Shown: positions 19,435-27,332 of the stretch, in pieces
Layout of the letters: each line of letters begins with the position of its first letter
How positions within the stretch are numbered: position 1 is the first letter of the stretch
Program-made: the position numbers and the translations under genes
The notes under the pieces: generated by a model
What the model was told of the DNA's origin: nothing
What the model saw: only the letters and a program-made list of their open reading frames with translations
Databases searched by the model: none
IMG/VR virus record: IMGVR_UViG_3300044450_000032
Coordinates: 1-32,030 of that record
Strand: one strand, 5' to 3'
Length of the DNA: 32,030 nucleotides
Source of the DNA: a virus
Lineage: Duplodnaviria; Caudoviricetes

Positions 19435-19662
19435 CTATAATAATGTAAAATTACTTTTAAAATATCCCACGCCTATATGATCGCTTTTTAATACTGAACC
19501 ATCTGGGCGCACTACTACTAAATTTCCGTTTTCAACTTCCCGCATGTAATCTTTAGCGGCTACATCTAAGTTGAAATAATCTTTATGCACAAAGAATTTA
19601 TATTCTTCAACGTTTCCGTTTATCAAACAATCTCTGTTTTCTGTCTCTGCTCCGTTATACAT
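19435..19662 (-). CDS. Hypothetical protein
   Basis: 75-aa ORF in operon spacing. Confidence 0.55.
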   Translation of the reverse strand: MYNGAETENRDCLINGNVEEYKFFVHKDYFNLDVAAKDYMREVENGNLVVVRPDGSVLKSDHIGVGYFKSNFTLL

Positions 19663-19665
19663 AAT

Positions 19666-20124
19666 CTAATTTTCAAGAACTCTTATTTTATAATTACAAA
19701 ACAATCCTGTAAAATTCCCATTGAATAGATTGTAAACGTCGATGTTGTCGTGAGTCAATATCTCGTAACCATCACATGCGGCAAATTGTTGTTCCATCGC
19801 TTTAAATATTGGAAGCAATGGCTTTATTTTGGTTTTGTATTTTGAGTCTGTTATTGTTGAATTATTTTCGTTGTAGATGTTACTTGAATAATCATCATGA
19901 TAAGCTAGTACATATCTACCTGTAAATGTTTGATATTTTCTTGATAATCCTGTATCGCCCATTTCAGAGTTTCGTTTCACACTTTCCACAAGTAAATAAA
20001 TTTTATTCGGCGAATCATTATCAACTGCCTGAACTAAATTGTGAACATTCCTTGTGCCGTAGGTATAAAAGAAATCTTGTTCCGCCGCATAACTCTCAAA
20101 TATTTCTACTATATCTGTTGCCAT
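19666..20124 (-). CDS. Putative tail terminator/completion protein
   Basis: 152 aa, alpha/beta composition, near the gp10-like gene. Confidence 0.45.
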   Translation of the reverse strand: MATDIVEIFESYAAEQDFFYTYGTRNVHNLVQAVDNDSPNKIYLLVESVKRNSEMGDTGLSRKYQTFTGRYVLAYHDDYSSNIYNENNSTITDSKYKTKIKPLLPIFKAMEQQFAACDGYEILTHDNIDVYNLFNGNFTGLFCNYKIRVLEN

Positions 20125-20210
20125 TTTATAACTTATTTTCTTTTTGTGTCGAAATTAGGCTACGCTAATATCGGAATAATAATTTTAATAATCGTTTATT
20201 TTCTATGAAA

Positions 20211-20753
20211 TCACTTATTTCCATACTTCAATTTATTAAATTCTTTGTTTGCTCTGTTTAAGCTTTTGTTGTAAGCCATGTAAAATAAAATATCATTGTA
20301 CCTTTGCTTTCCATTCTCAAAGGGTCTACCACCGTATATCTTAGAATATGCATCAATCAAAGATATTGACGAGTAGTTATTTAAAGAATCTCCTACAGCC
20401 GCTTTCCACAGCTCCGAATCCTCATCATACGACTGTAAGAGTTTGATTTCTAGTTGTTTTAAAGATGCGAAAGATTCATATAAAAACCTCTTTGTTTGGA
20501 AGTAATTTACGATCGGAAGTTGCCAAAAAAATATTTCGTCACATTGATACGCCGTGGTGAAAATTTCTTTGATTTCTTCTATTGTTCTTGACTTCGATAG
20601 TAAGCTTTCAATCCTTCGTACATCATTGTAGCTAAGCTTGTTTTGATCAAACGGAAACTTAAAAGCGTCCTTTGCTTTTACAGCTCCTAAAAGCATGTTG
20701 TAAGGAAGTTTGTTCTTTAGTTTTATGTACTTGGCTACAGTTATGTTTTTCAT
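20211..20753 (-). CDS. Hypothetical protein, possible tail assembly chaperone
   Basis: 180 aa directly after TerL; helical. Confidence 0.45.
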   Translation of the reverse strand: MKNITVAKYIKLKNKLPYNMLLGAVKAKDAFKFPFDQNKLSYNDVRRIESLLSKSRTIEEIKEIFTTAYQCDEIFFWQLPIVNYFQTKRFLYESFASLKQLEIKLLQSYDEDSELWKAAVGDSLNNYSSISLIDAYSKIYGGRPFENGKQRYNDILFYMAYNKSLNRANKEFNKLKYGNK

Positions 20754-20755
20754 GT

Positions 20756-21982
20756 TTAAACTCTTATTCTAATACTTGATTTTTTCTTTGGCTTTAAGGT
20801 CTCCATTTCATGATAACGAATCCCGTCTATAGCATGGTTAAAATCATCTATTGGGACGTTTAACTTTTGGTTGGTTCGCTTGTCTTTCTTCCATGTGTAT
20901 TTAGTAAGTTCATTGATAATATTTTTTGATCTACGTGTTACCCAATATTCCTGCTCTTGCATTATCTGAATACCGTAGTTGACGCTATCTTTTCCTTTTG
21001 AAGCGCCAATCGCACGAACTCCATAGTTTTTAATTTCTGCAATACTTTTGGGCTCAGCGCTATCAAAGTAAACAGGAAGTTTGTCAGGTATTTGCTTTGC
21101 TATCTGTTTGTTGCTTAATCCTTTTTGATACACAAGTTCGTCTAATATCCTAACATTGTTATACTTGTAAATATCTGTTATAGCTGTAGGGTCGTTAGTG
21201 TACCCAAAGTCTCCACCTCTCCCGATCTTTCTTGCTGCTTTGGGTACATTGTCAACAATTTTCCAATTATTAAATATTACACCTTCTAGTGACCCGATTA
21301 AACCTAGACCGTAAACACGCCACTTATTTGCCCAGTACGAGTTCTTTATATTGCTATCTTCAAATAGTTCATCAAGCGGTAAGTCAGAATTATAAAAACC
21401 TCTTTGTTTGTAGTCTAGTATAGATTTTATCTCACTTTTACTTAAGTATTCATTATCTAAGTATGTTAAAGTTAAACAGTTGTTTTCTGTTATGTAATCA
21501 TCTCCCCAAAACAAGGAATCAGGATTGTAATCTATTATTGTTAAATCTGCTCTTGATATAAAATGAACCGCTGTATCTATATCCATTTTATCCGCTTCAT
21601 TGATGTATAAAATATCCCTTCTGAATCCTTTCCCTAAATCAGTCACATCTGCACCTAAAAAATCCAAATAACTGCCGTTAAAATATTCGTGCTTGCTTTC
21701 TGATCGATTAAATTCCCTTTCTTTAAGAACTCCCCAGTCCTTTGCTACTTTTTTGTAATCTCTAATTACAGTCCTTTTCATTTTGGAGAGTTCAGAAGAA
21801 AGTATAGATGCTTCTTTTTCAGTTGATAACAAAGATTGTATTATCAATTCTATAATAGATATAGTTTTGGAAGCACCTTGACCGCCACGGATAACAAAAA
21901 CGTCTTCATGCGGATTATTCATAATCAAGTCTTTAATCTTGAAATATGCTTTGGTGTATTTATATTTATTTTCTGTTTCCAA
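20756..21982 (-). CDS. terL: Terminase large subunit (PBSX/Terminase_3 type)
   Basis: Walker A GGQGASKT, Walker B ILYINEA, DYNP, and nuclease motifs DFGYTNDPTA, DSAEPK, NHAIDGIRY. Confidence 0.95.
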   Translation of the reverse strand: METENKYKYTKAYFKIKDLIMNNPHEDVFVIRGGQGASKTISIIELIIQSLLSTEKEASILSSELSKMKRTVIRDYKKVAKDWGVLKEREFNRSESKHEYFNGSYLDFLGADVTDLGKGFRRDILYINEADKMDIDTAVHFISRADLTIIDYNPDSLFWGDDYITENNCLTLTYLDNEYLSKSEIKSILDYKQRGFYNSDLPLDELFEDSNIKNSYWANKWRVYGLGLIGSLEGVIFNNWKIVDNVPKAARKIGRGGDFGYTNDPTAITDIYKYNNVRILDELVYQKGLSNKQIAKQIPDKLPVYFDSAEPKSIAEIKNYGVRAIGASKGKDSVNYGIQIMQEQEYWVTRRSKNIINELTKYTWKKDKRTNQKLNVPIDDFNHAIDGIRYHEMETLKPKKKSSIRIRV

Positions 21983-22442
21983 TATCAGGTAAATTCGGGA
22001 TATTTATTCCACCTTCGTGTTTTACTTCTTTCTTTTCGGTTAGTCCGTTTAGGCGCTGTGTTATGCTTGGGTTGTAAATTCCGCACATTCCCCCCTCTAT
22101 TTGATCTTGTCTTATTTCATTCTTTATACGCGAACAGATACCCCTATATTCTTCATAACGTCCTTCTGTGTTTTCAAAATAATGATGTACATCACTTTCT
22201 GTTTCATAAGCGTAATTATAGAAACCCACCAATGTTAGTGGTTTTTGAGACGGCAACTTAACTATTGAATTTAGAGATTGCTCTATAGTTTCTTTTGATA
22301 CATTAGATAGGTCTTTAGGAAGAATAGTGTTACCACGTTTTTGTTCTACAATGTATATAGGATTGCTTTTTAATTCTTCTCTATAACTACAAAATAGTTG
22401 CCACATCTTATCAGGTGTTTCTATGTACTTTCTTTTACCCAT
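21966..22442 (-). CDS. terS: Terminase small subunit (P22 gp3-like DNA-packaging protein)
   Basis: IETPDKMW..F..Y, KPLTLVGF and QIEGGM.GIYNPSITQRLNGL motifs; overlaps terL. Confidence 0.85.
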   Translation of the reverse strand: MGKRKYIETPDKMWQLFCSYREELKSNPIYIVEQKRGNTILPKDLSNVSKETIEQSLNSIVKLPSQKPLTLVGFYNYAYETESDVHHYFENTEGRYEEYRGICSRIKNEIRQDQIEGGMCGIYNPSITQRLNGLTEKKEVKHEGGINIPNLPDIGNRK

Positions 22443-22446
22443 AACC

Positions 22447-22632
22447 TTAAATTTTATCTCCGTATAAATTATATCCTAGTTTACAAAGCTTGTCAAGATG
22501 ATTGTAGTATATCTGCATTCCTATGACAAAGCTTATTCTTTTTCTTAACCATCATCCAAACTCACATAGTAATTTGTGATACCACCACTTTAGAGGTTTT
22601 TCTTTTGGTTTGTTTGCTTTGCTCCATGCCAT
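22447..22632 (-). pseudogene. 61-codon small gene interrupted by an in-frame TGA at 22552-22554
   Basis: MAWSKANKPKEKPLKWWYHKLLCEFG*WLRKRISFVIGMQIYYNHLDKLCKLGYNLYGDKI fills the gap between its neighbours exactly. Confidence 0.55.
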
Positions 22633-22634
22633 AA

Positions 22635-22826
22635 TCAATCGTTTTTAATTAGTACATGAGCAAAACTTGATAACCCACCATTTCTAAATAACACTGTTAC
22701 AAGAGCATTGTTAGCCACGGTCTTGTTATTAGTCCTCCATGCTTTTTTTATATTTGTTGTCCAAAGCAATTCCTTTGTGATATATTGTATTGGCTCTGAG
22801 CCTGTTTTTACTATGTATTGTGCCAT
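22635..22826 (-). CDS. Hypothetical protein
   Basis: 63-aa ORF, operon spacing. Confidence 0.55.
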   Translation of the reverse strand: MAQYIVKTGSEPIQYITKELLWTTNIKKAWRTNNKTVANNALVTVLFRNGGLSSFAHVLIKND

Positions 22827-22830
22827 AACA

Positions 22831-23121
22831 TTAATTTATTTCTAATTTTTCATTCGTCATCACTTCATAAAGCTCTTTAAATCTTTCCATTGTGTTAAAA
22901 TAGAAATGAGTTTCTGCAAAGTTTTTTTGTTTTATATGCCATCCTGAGTATGATGTTTTAAACTTCTTTCCTTCCTTTAGCGATTCTAAGTAAGAGTTAG
23001 TTCGGTATGTGTTTCTTTTTTCAGGCGCGACTATTAGCTTTAGTCTTTGCAGATTCTTATCTGTTAGATCATCCTGCTTGTCTTTAAAGAACCCTAGTTT
23101 TATAAAATCATCGTACGTCAT
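22831..23121 (-). CDS. Hypothetical protein
   Basis: 96-aa ORF, operon spacing. Confidence 0.6.
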   Translation of the reverse strand: MTYDDFIKLGFFKDKQDDLTDKNLQRLKLIVAPEKRNTYRTNSYLESLKEGKKFKTSYSGWHIKQKNFAETHFYFNTMERFKELYEVMTNEKLEIN

Positions 23122-23125
23122 TCTT

Positions 23126-23308
23126 TCAGTTTTTCTTTATTCTCCATACTCCGACTAACTTGCTTCCAAACCCTACTCCTAGATTGTTTATAAAGCTTTG
23201 TGAAACACTTCTGTTAAGAATATAATTTAGTTCGTGATTAGCTACTACAACTACACAATTATCATTTTTGGAAAAATGGTCGTTTATTATTTTATATCCT
23301 GCTTTCAT
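23126..23308 (-). CDS. Hypothetical protein
   Basis: 60-aa ORF, ATGA overlap. Confidence 0.55.
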   Translation of the reverse strand: MKAGYKIINDHFSKNDNCVVVVANHELNYILNRSVSQSFINNLGVGFGSKLVGVWRIKKN

Positions 23309-23469
23309 TCCTTTACATTATCAATTCCTATTGTAAAACCCAACCAGGACAATCTAACGCTTTCAAATCTCCAGTTCTCATAAAAATGCATGCTTAGTGA
23401 TGGTATGATCTCTATTGATCTCCCAAATACTGTATGTTTTTTATAATCGTTAAAGAGGTATAGTTTCAT
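23305..23469 (-). CDS. Small hypothetical protein (54 aa, MKLYLFNDYKKHTVFGRSIEIIPSLS...)
   Basis: Manual translation; ATGA overlaps at both ends. Confidence 0.6.
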   Translation of the reverse strand: MKLYLFNDYKKHTVFGRSIEIIPSLSMHFYENWRFESVRLSWLGFTIGIDNVKE

Positions 23470-23702
23470 TCTGTCATTGAATTTATAATACCTGGATTCT
23501 GTAATACATAGTCTTTTCCTTCTTGCTCTGCTTTTTCAGCGTCTTTGATTCTCTGTACTATTGCATTTGAAATCATTGCCCCGTTGCTTTCAGGATGATT
23601 CTTTGCGTAATATTCTAATGCCCAAAACATCACATCTTCGGTTCTTTCGTGGTGTCCTTGTTCTATGAGTTCATCTGTTAGTATTTTTGTTGCTGTTGTC
23701 AT
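23466..23702 (-). CDS. Hypothetical protein (likely start MTTATK at 23702)
   Basis: ORF track 23466-23741; the internal ATG avoids overlap with the upstream gene. Confidence 0.6.
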   Translation of the reverse strand: MTTATKILTDELIEQGHHERTEDVMFWALEYYAKNHPESNGAMISNAIVQRIKDAEKAEQEGKDYVLQNPGIINSMTE

Positions 23703-23728
23703 AATCTTATAAATGATCTTTACTTGTT

Positions 23729-24574
23729 TTAATTTTTGCAATATTCATCAAGTTTTAAATCTGCTTTTACAAACTCGTCTTCTTTTGCTTCTGGAAGCTC
23801 AGATATAACAGTCTTCAAAAATGTCAAAGCGTTTTTGTCTCTATTTGCAAAATATTTAATTGACTTTTCTTTAATCCATACATTGTAAAAGTGATCTCTA
23901 AAATCAGCTAGTAATGAATTTGGATATAGCTTTACTTTAGGTATTTTGCGTCCATCTGGATAAGTATGTGTATATGTTGGAAAATCGTTAGGTTCTAAGT
24001 TTTTAACTTTTCTAACCCAATTAGCAAACATTCTTCCTTGCGAAATATCTGGAACTAACTTATCTGGCAATTCGTATCCTTTATCTTCTAAAGGCGCAAT
24101 AAGATTATAAACTATCTCATTAAATATTGAAAAATGCGTTGGTGGTATTTCTGATCTATTTATCAAATATCTTTGTAAATGATAAGGAAGATTGTTTTTA
24201 TTTGGAATCTTTCCTTGCATCCACTCAAAAACCCATTTGGATATTTTTACAGCAAACAAAGGTGATGCCCATTGACCTAAATTAATTGCTACCTGAGGAT
24301 GAACCCAAGTTCCTTGAAATTTAGGTTTTCCACCTCTAATCACCTGTATTAACTCCGTTGCGGGAATTCCCGTTTCGGAATTTAGAGCTCGTAAAAACTC
24401 TTTTGTAGTCGCCAGTCTTGTATAATCATTAAGTTTTTTCCCTGAAACACTACACAATGCTGTTGCGTTAATGTATCCGTCAGTAGCTCGTTGCTCCACT
24501 ACATTCGCGTTTATTTCGCGATCGATTAAAATTAATTCTTGTTGTCTTTCCATATTTTTTACTTGTTTTTTCAT
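23729..24574 (-). CDS. bstA: KilA-N domain fused to a BstA-like C-terminal domain; putative prophage abortive-infection protein
   Basis: KilA-N motifs DGYINAT and QGTWVHPQVA..LGQWASP. C-terminal IPPTHFSIFNEI...VPDISQG...YTHTYPD...LYP...LADFR...KY matches BstA motifs recalled from memory (IP.GYFS.F.EI, VPDISVG, HIYP, IYP..ALG.FR). Alternative start at 24553. Confidence 0.72.
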   Translation of the reverse strand: MKKQVKNMERQQELILIDREINANVVEQRATDGYINATALCSVSGKKLNDYTRLATTKEFLRALNSETGIPATELIQVIRGGKPKFQGTWVHPQVAINLGQWASPLFAVKISKWVFEWMQGKIPNKNNLPYHLQRYLINRSEIPPTHFSIFNEIVYNLIAPLEDKGYELPDKLVPDISQGRMFANWVRKVKNLEPNDFPTYTHTYPDGRKIPKVKLYPNSLLADFRDHFYNVWIKEKSIKYFANRDKNALTFLKTVISELPEAKEDEFVKADLKLDEYCKN

Positions 24575-24576
24575 GG

Positions 24577-24685
24577 AGAGACATTTCTATTTTACTGCTA
24601 TCCTAAGAATTGGATTAGCTTAAAAATAGAAATACCTCTATTAGGGAACTAAATTTTTACACTTAGTTCCTGCTAATAGAGGTAT
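24577..24685 (-). promoter_or_regulatory. Structured 5' leader with two mutually exclusive hairpins
   Basis: HP-A 24632-24685 (13+8 bp). HP-B pairs 24577-24593 with 24623-24639 (17 bp, 2 G-U pairs valid only on the minus-strand RNA). They share 24632-24639. Confidence 0.7.
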
Positions 24686-24688
24686 GCT

Positions 24689-24696
24689 GCAATATA
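24689..24696 (-). promoter_or_regulatory. Putative Bacteroidota -7 promoter element TATATTGC for the BstA-like gene
   Basis: Variant of TAnnTTTG with an upstream TTG; the predicted start site falls at the base of HP-A. Confidence 0.5.
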
Positions 24697-24727
24697 CGAA
24701 ATTATTTTCAATTTTTTACTAATAATT

Positions 24728-24955
24728 CTATCTAATTACACATTCAGGTTCGCTGTTCCAGCAAGCCCCGTAAGGGTTTGTTTTTATATCTACCCTTGGG
24801 TCACAAGTTTCTTCACATGATGTATTGGAAGGTGGTGCTGTGTGACATTGTATCATATCAGTATGATACGGGTCTATGTGGTCGTCATTTCCACCGTGTA
24901 GCTTTGCAATACTTACTTTTTTTAGTTTTAGATTTTTGAGTAATCTTGTTTTCAT
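24728..24955 (-). CDS. Class I lanthipeptide-like RiPP precursor (Bacteroidota-type leader, GG cleavage site)
   Basis: Leader MKTRLLKNLKLKKVSIAKLHGG (LxLKKxxIxxL...GG) followed by a 53-aa core with 5 Cys and 8 Ser/Thr. Confidence 0.7.
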   Translation of the reverse strand: MKTRLLKNLKLKKVSIAKLHGGNDDHIDPYHTDMIQCHTAPPSNTSCEETCDPRVDIKTNPYGACWNSEPECVIR

Positions 24956-25024
24956 TGTTTATTTATTTGTATCGACATTTTAAAAATGGTAGGCTGTCGA
25001 TTTAACCTATTGTTTTACATTTCA

Positions 25025-25858
25025 TTAGAAGTTATAATTTTGAACTTCGTGCGGTAGAAAGTTGTTATCTAATTCAAATAAAAATTCCTCGAATGGATAA
25101 CCTCGCGTGTACTCAGGCGTTACTCTTACTTGATTGTTATCTTTAGTAACAAACGCCACTGTTTCAGCTTTTTTTAGAATAGCACTACCAAGATGCCCTG
25201 TAGGTTTATCGCTTCCGTGGTTTCTGTGTAGTACTGTGCATAAGTGCCCTTGTGACTTTGAAGTCCATTTCATCATGCCTTGTACGATCTTGTTAGATAA
25301 ATCCAAATCATTTACGCTACTTAAAATATCTGCAGCGCCGTCAACTGCAACTAGCCCTATATTATTCCTGTATTCACTTTCCATAAAAAGCCACTCTATA
25401 AACTGAAATCGTATTCTAGGGTCTTCTTCTCTGAGTGAAAAAGGTTTATATAGATCGTAATTTGCGCCGACCATTTCGCAAGACCTTCTTGCAACTCTTT
25501 GTGTATGAAATAGTGATTGCTCTGTATCAACATCTAGGATATATTTATCCTTGGTGTCGTGTCCTTTCATGTTAGGAAAGTAGTTTTGCGCCTGTCCTCC
25601 AATGTATCCAGCTACCAAAGCAGATTTTAAAAAGGTTTTCATTGACTTAGATGCTCCGACTAGGCAAGAAAAATTTCCGTATGTTCCAAATGGTATAGGA
25701 TATGAACGCCCTTTGTACTCATAGCTTCCAATGCTTAACGCTATAGGTTCGCGCTCTATAACTTCATCGAGACTAACTAAACGTTTATCATGGATTTTCT
25801 GAAAGTCAATAAGTAAATCGTTGTCTGCTTTGGTTTTTATTTTTACTTTTTCAATCAT
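25025..25858 (-). CDS. AAA_25/RecA-fold replicative helicase-like ATPase
   Basis: GNFSCLVGASKSMKT (Walker A variant), DTEQ, VAVDG (Walker B), VLH and GHLGS motifs. Confidence 0.8.
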   Translation of the reverse strand: MIEKVKIKTKADNDLLIDFQKIHDKRLVSLDEVIEREPIALSIGSYEYKGRSYPIPFGTYGNFSCLVGASKSMKTFLKSALVAGYIGGQAQNYFPNMKGHDTKDKYILDVDTEQSLFHTQRVARRSCEMVGANYDLYKPFSLREEDPRIRFQFIEWLFMESEYRNNIGLVAVDGAADILSSVNDLDLSNKIVQGMMKWTSKSQGHLCTVLHRNHGSDKPTGHLGSAILKKAETVAFVTKDNNQVRVTPEYTRGYPFEEFLFELDNNFLPHEVQNYNF

Positions 25859-26348
25859 TGAATTTGTTAATTATGTGAGTTATTGAACTAACTAAGAAAT
25901 ACTCTACTGTTTTTTCGTCCCACTCATCTTTTAAAACTTCTACGTAATTTGAGTGTATCGAGTCAACTTCTTTTTTTCGCTGCACATCTGTTTTTAAAAC
26001 AGGGTGTTTCATTTCTACGCCGTTCTTTTTAAGCTTTTCAAAAAATGATTGCTCGTTTAGCTCTTTGGTTAATAGTTGGACGTGTTGAGAAAAAGGGATT
26101 TCCATAGCTTCCAAAATCCAGCGAGTAGCGTTTTTATCAGTAAACTTTACACCTTGAACTTTCACGGTTCTGCGCATCACCTCTACGAATAACCTTGCAA
26201 ACAAATCGTTTTGCTGAACTAAGTTCTTATTTGAATCGTTAATATGATCGATGATTGAATTAATAGCTTCTATATCGTTCTCGTTCGCTTTCCATCTTCC
26301 CTCATTCATTCGCCATTGAATGCGCTGTATTGCCTTGTCTACTTTCAT
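25851..26348 (-). CDS. Hypothetical replication-module protein
   Basis: 165-aa ORF overlapping both neighbours. Confidence 0.6.
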   Translation of the reverse strand: MKVDKAIQRIQWRMNEGRWKANENDIEAINSIIDHINDSNKNLVQQNDLFARLFVEVMRRTVKVQGVKFTDKNATRWILEAMEIPFSQHVQLLTKELNEQSFFEKLKKNGVEMKHPVLKTDVQRKKEVDSIHSNYVEVLKDEWDEKTVEYFLVSSITHIINKFND

Positions 26349-27106
26349 AGTCCTGTTTTTCTTTGGTTTTTATAATCGGTTAGTTTTCCTTGCGCTTCCT
26401 GTACATTCATCCAATTCAGGAAATGTCTTTTGTAATCTGAGAGTTTACTATATGGCTTTTCTTGAAGGATTAAGTGATTGTTGAATAATTCTAGTATTTT
26501 AGAAAGTGAACCTTTGCGTAATTTGTAGTTTAAGTAGAAGGTTTCTCGAAACATAGCGTGTTCGTTATTGGAAATTTCTTTAACAAAACCAACTAAAACA
26601 TCTTTGATGTTGTTTTCTTTACTTTCCTTTACTTTACTTTGTGTACTTTCTTCGTGGTTTACTGTACTTTCTTCGATAGTAAGTGTACTTTCTTCATTGT
26701 TTACTACTTCTTTTGCAGAAATCAAGTCGTAATCAGCACAAACTTTCTTCACGCTTCTATTTGCTTTAGTAGAGACAGATTGCCAAAACTCTTGAATGTT
26801 CTTAGTTGTTAAAATATTCTCACTATTACGCAGTTCTTTATTAAATAGACCCACATTGCAGCAATAATCAACTATTTCATTAACAAGATTCTCTTTTAGG
26901 TTTAAAATGTCGGACACATCAAACGCAGTATCTTCATCCCACGACAAGAAATATCCTTTGTCTCTATAAATTTCTGTTATTAAGTATGAGTAAACTAGAT
27001 AACCTTTAGCACCGAAGACACGCAAAAACTTTCTGATTTTTCTGTTTTGGAAAATATCAGTTTGAATAGTATAGTACTCTAATCCTTGTTTTTTTGGTCT
27101 TGCCAT
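26345..27106 (-). CDS. Phage replication initiator (DUF4373/Lin1244-like N-terminal winged helix)
   Basis: MARPKKQGLEYY..D...KI...FG.KG..VY..L..EIY...GY, GLF, ILT..IQ motifs; repeat-containing linker. Confidence 0.8.
   Translation of the reverse strand: MARPKKQGLEYYTIQTDIFQNRKIRKFLRVFGAKGYLVYSYLITEIYRDKGYFLSWDEDTAFDVSDILNLKENLVNEIVDYCCNVGLFNKELRNSENILTTKNIQEFWQSVSTKANRSVKKVCADYDLISAKEVVNNEESTLTIEESTVNHEESTQSKVKESKENNIKDVLVGFVKEISNNEHAMFRETFYLNYKLRKGSLSKILELFNNHLILQEKPYSKLSDYKRHFLNWMNVQEAQGKLTDYKNQRKTGL
26618..26712. repeat. Iteron-like repeats in the initiator gene (putative phage origin)
   Basis: TGTACTTTCTTC at 26642, 26663 and 26684 (21-bp period), with an adjacent AT-rich CTTTA run. Confidence 0.7.
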
Positions 27107-27122
27107 TAATAGGTTTTTATTG

Positions 27123-27332
27123 TTATGCAGCTTTACGCGGCGTTCTTATTTTGAAGCTTCTATAAGTGATGGGTTTTTGCAACATCACATCTAAGAAATT
27201 AATAGCGCAAACAAACGTTTTTAGCACCCTTTCAATTTCTTTCGCGTCCTTACATTTGTTTTCCTTGGCGCGTAAATATGAATCGTTGATACCTTCTAAG
27301 TGTTCCTGTAGGACTTCTTGGGGAGTTTTCAT
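27123..27332 (-). CDS. Hypothetical protein
   Basis: 69-aa ORF with ATGA overlap. Confidence 0.55.
   Translation of the reverse strand: MKTPQEVLQEHLEGINDSYLRAKENKCKDAKEIERVLKTFVCAINFLDVMLQKPITYRSFKIRTPRKAA

Noticed and set aside
22552-22554. Genome-wide stop-codon reassignment
   Set aside because: Long genes are intact in code 11, and TGA, TAG and TAA all serve as normal stops.
25025-25858. Inactive ATPase because of the non-canonical Walker A (GASKSMKT)
   Set aside because: GxxKSxKT is the usual variant in this Bacteroidota AAA_25-like family.
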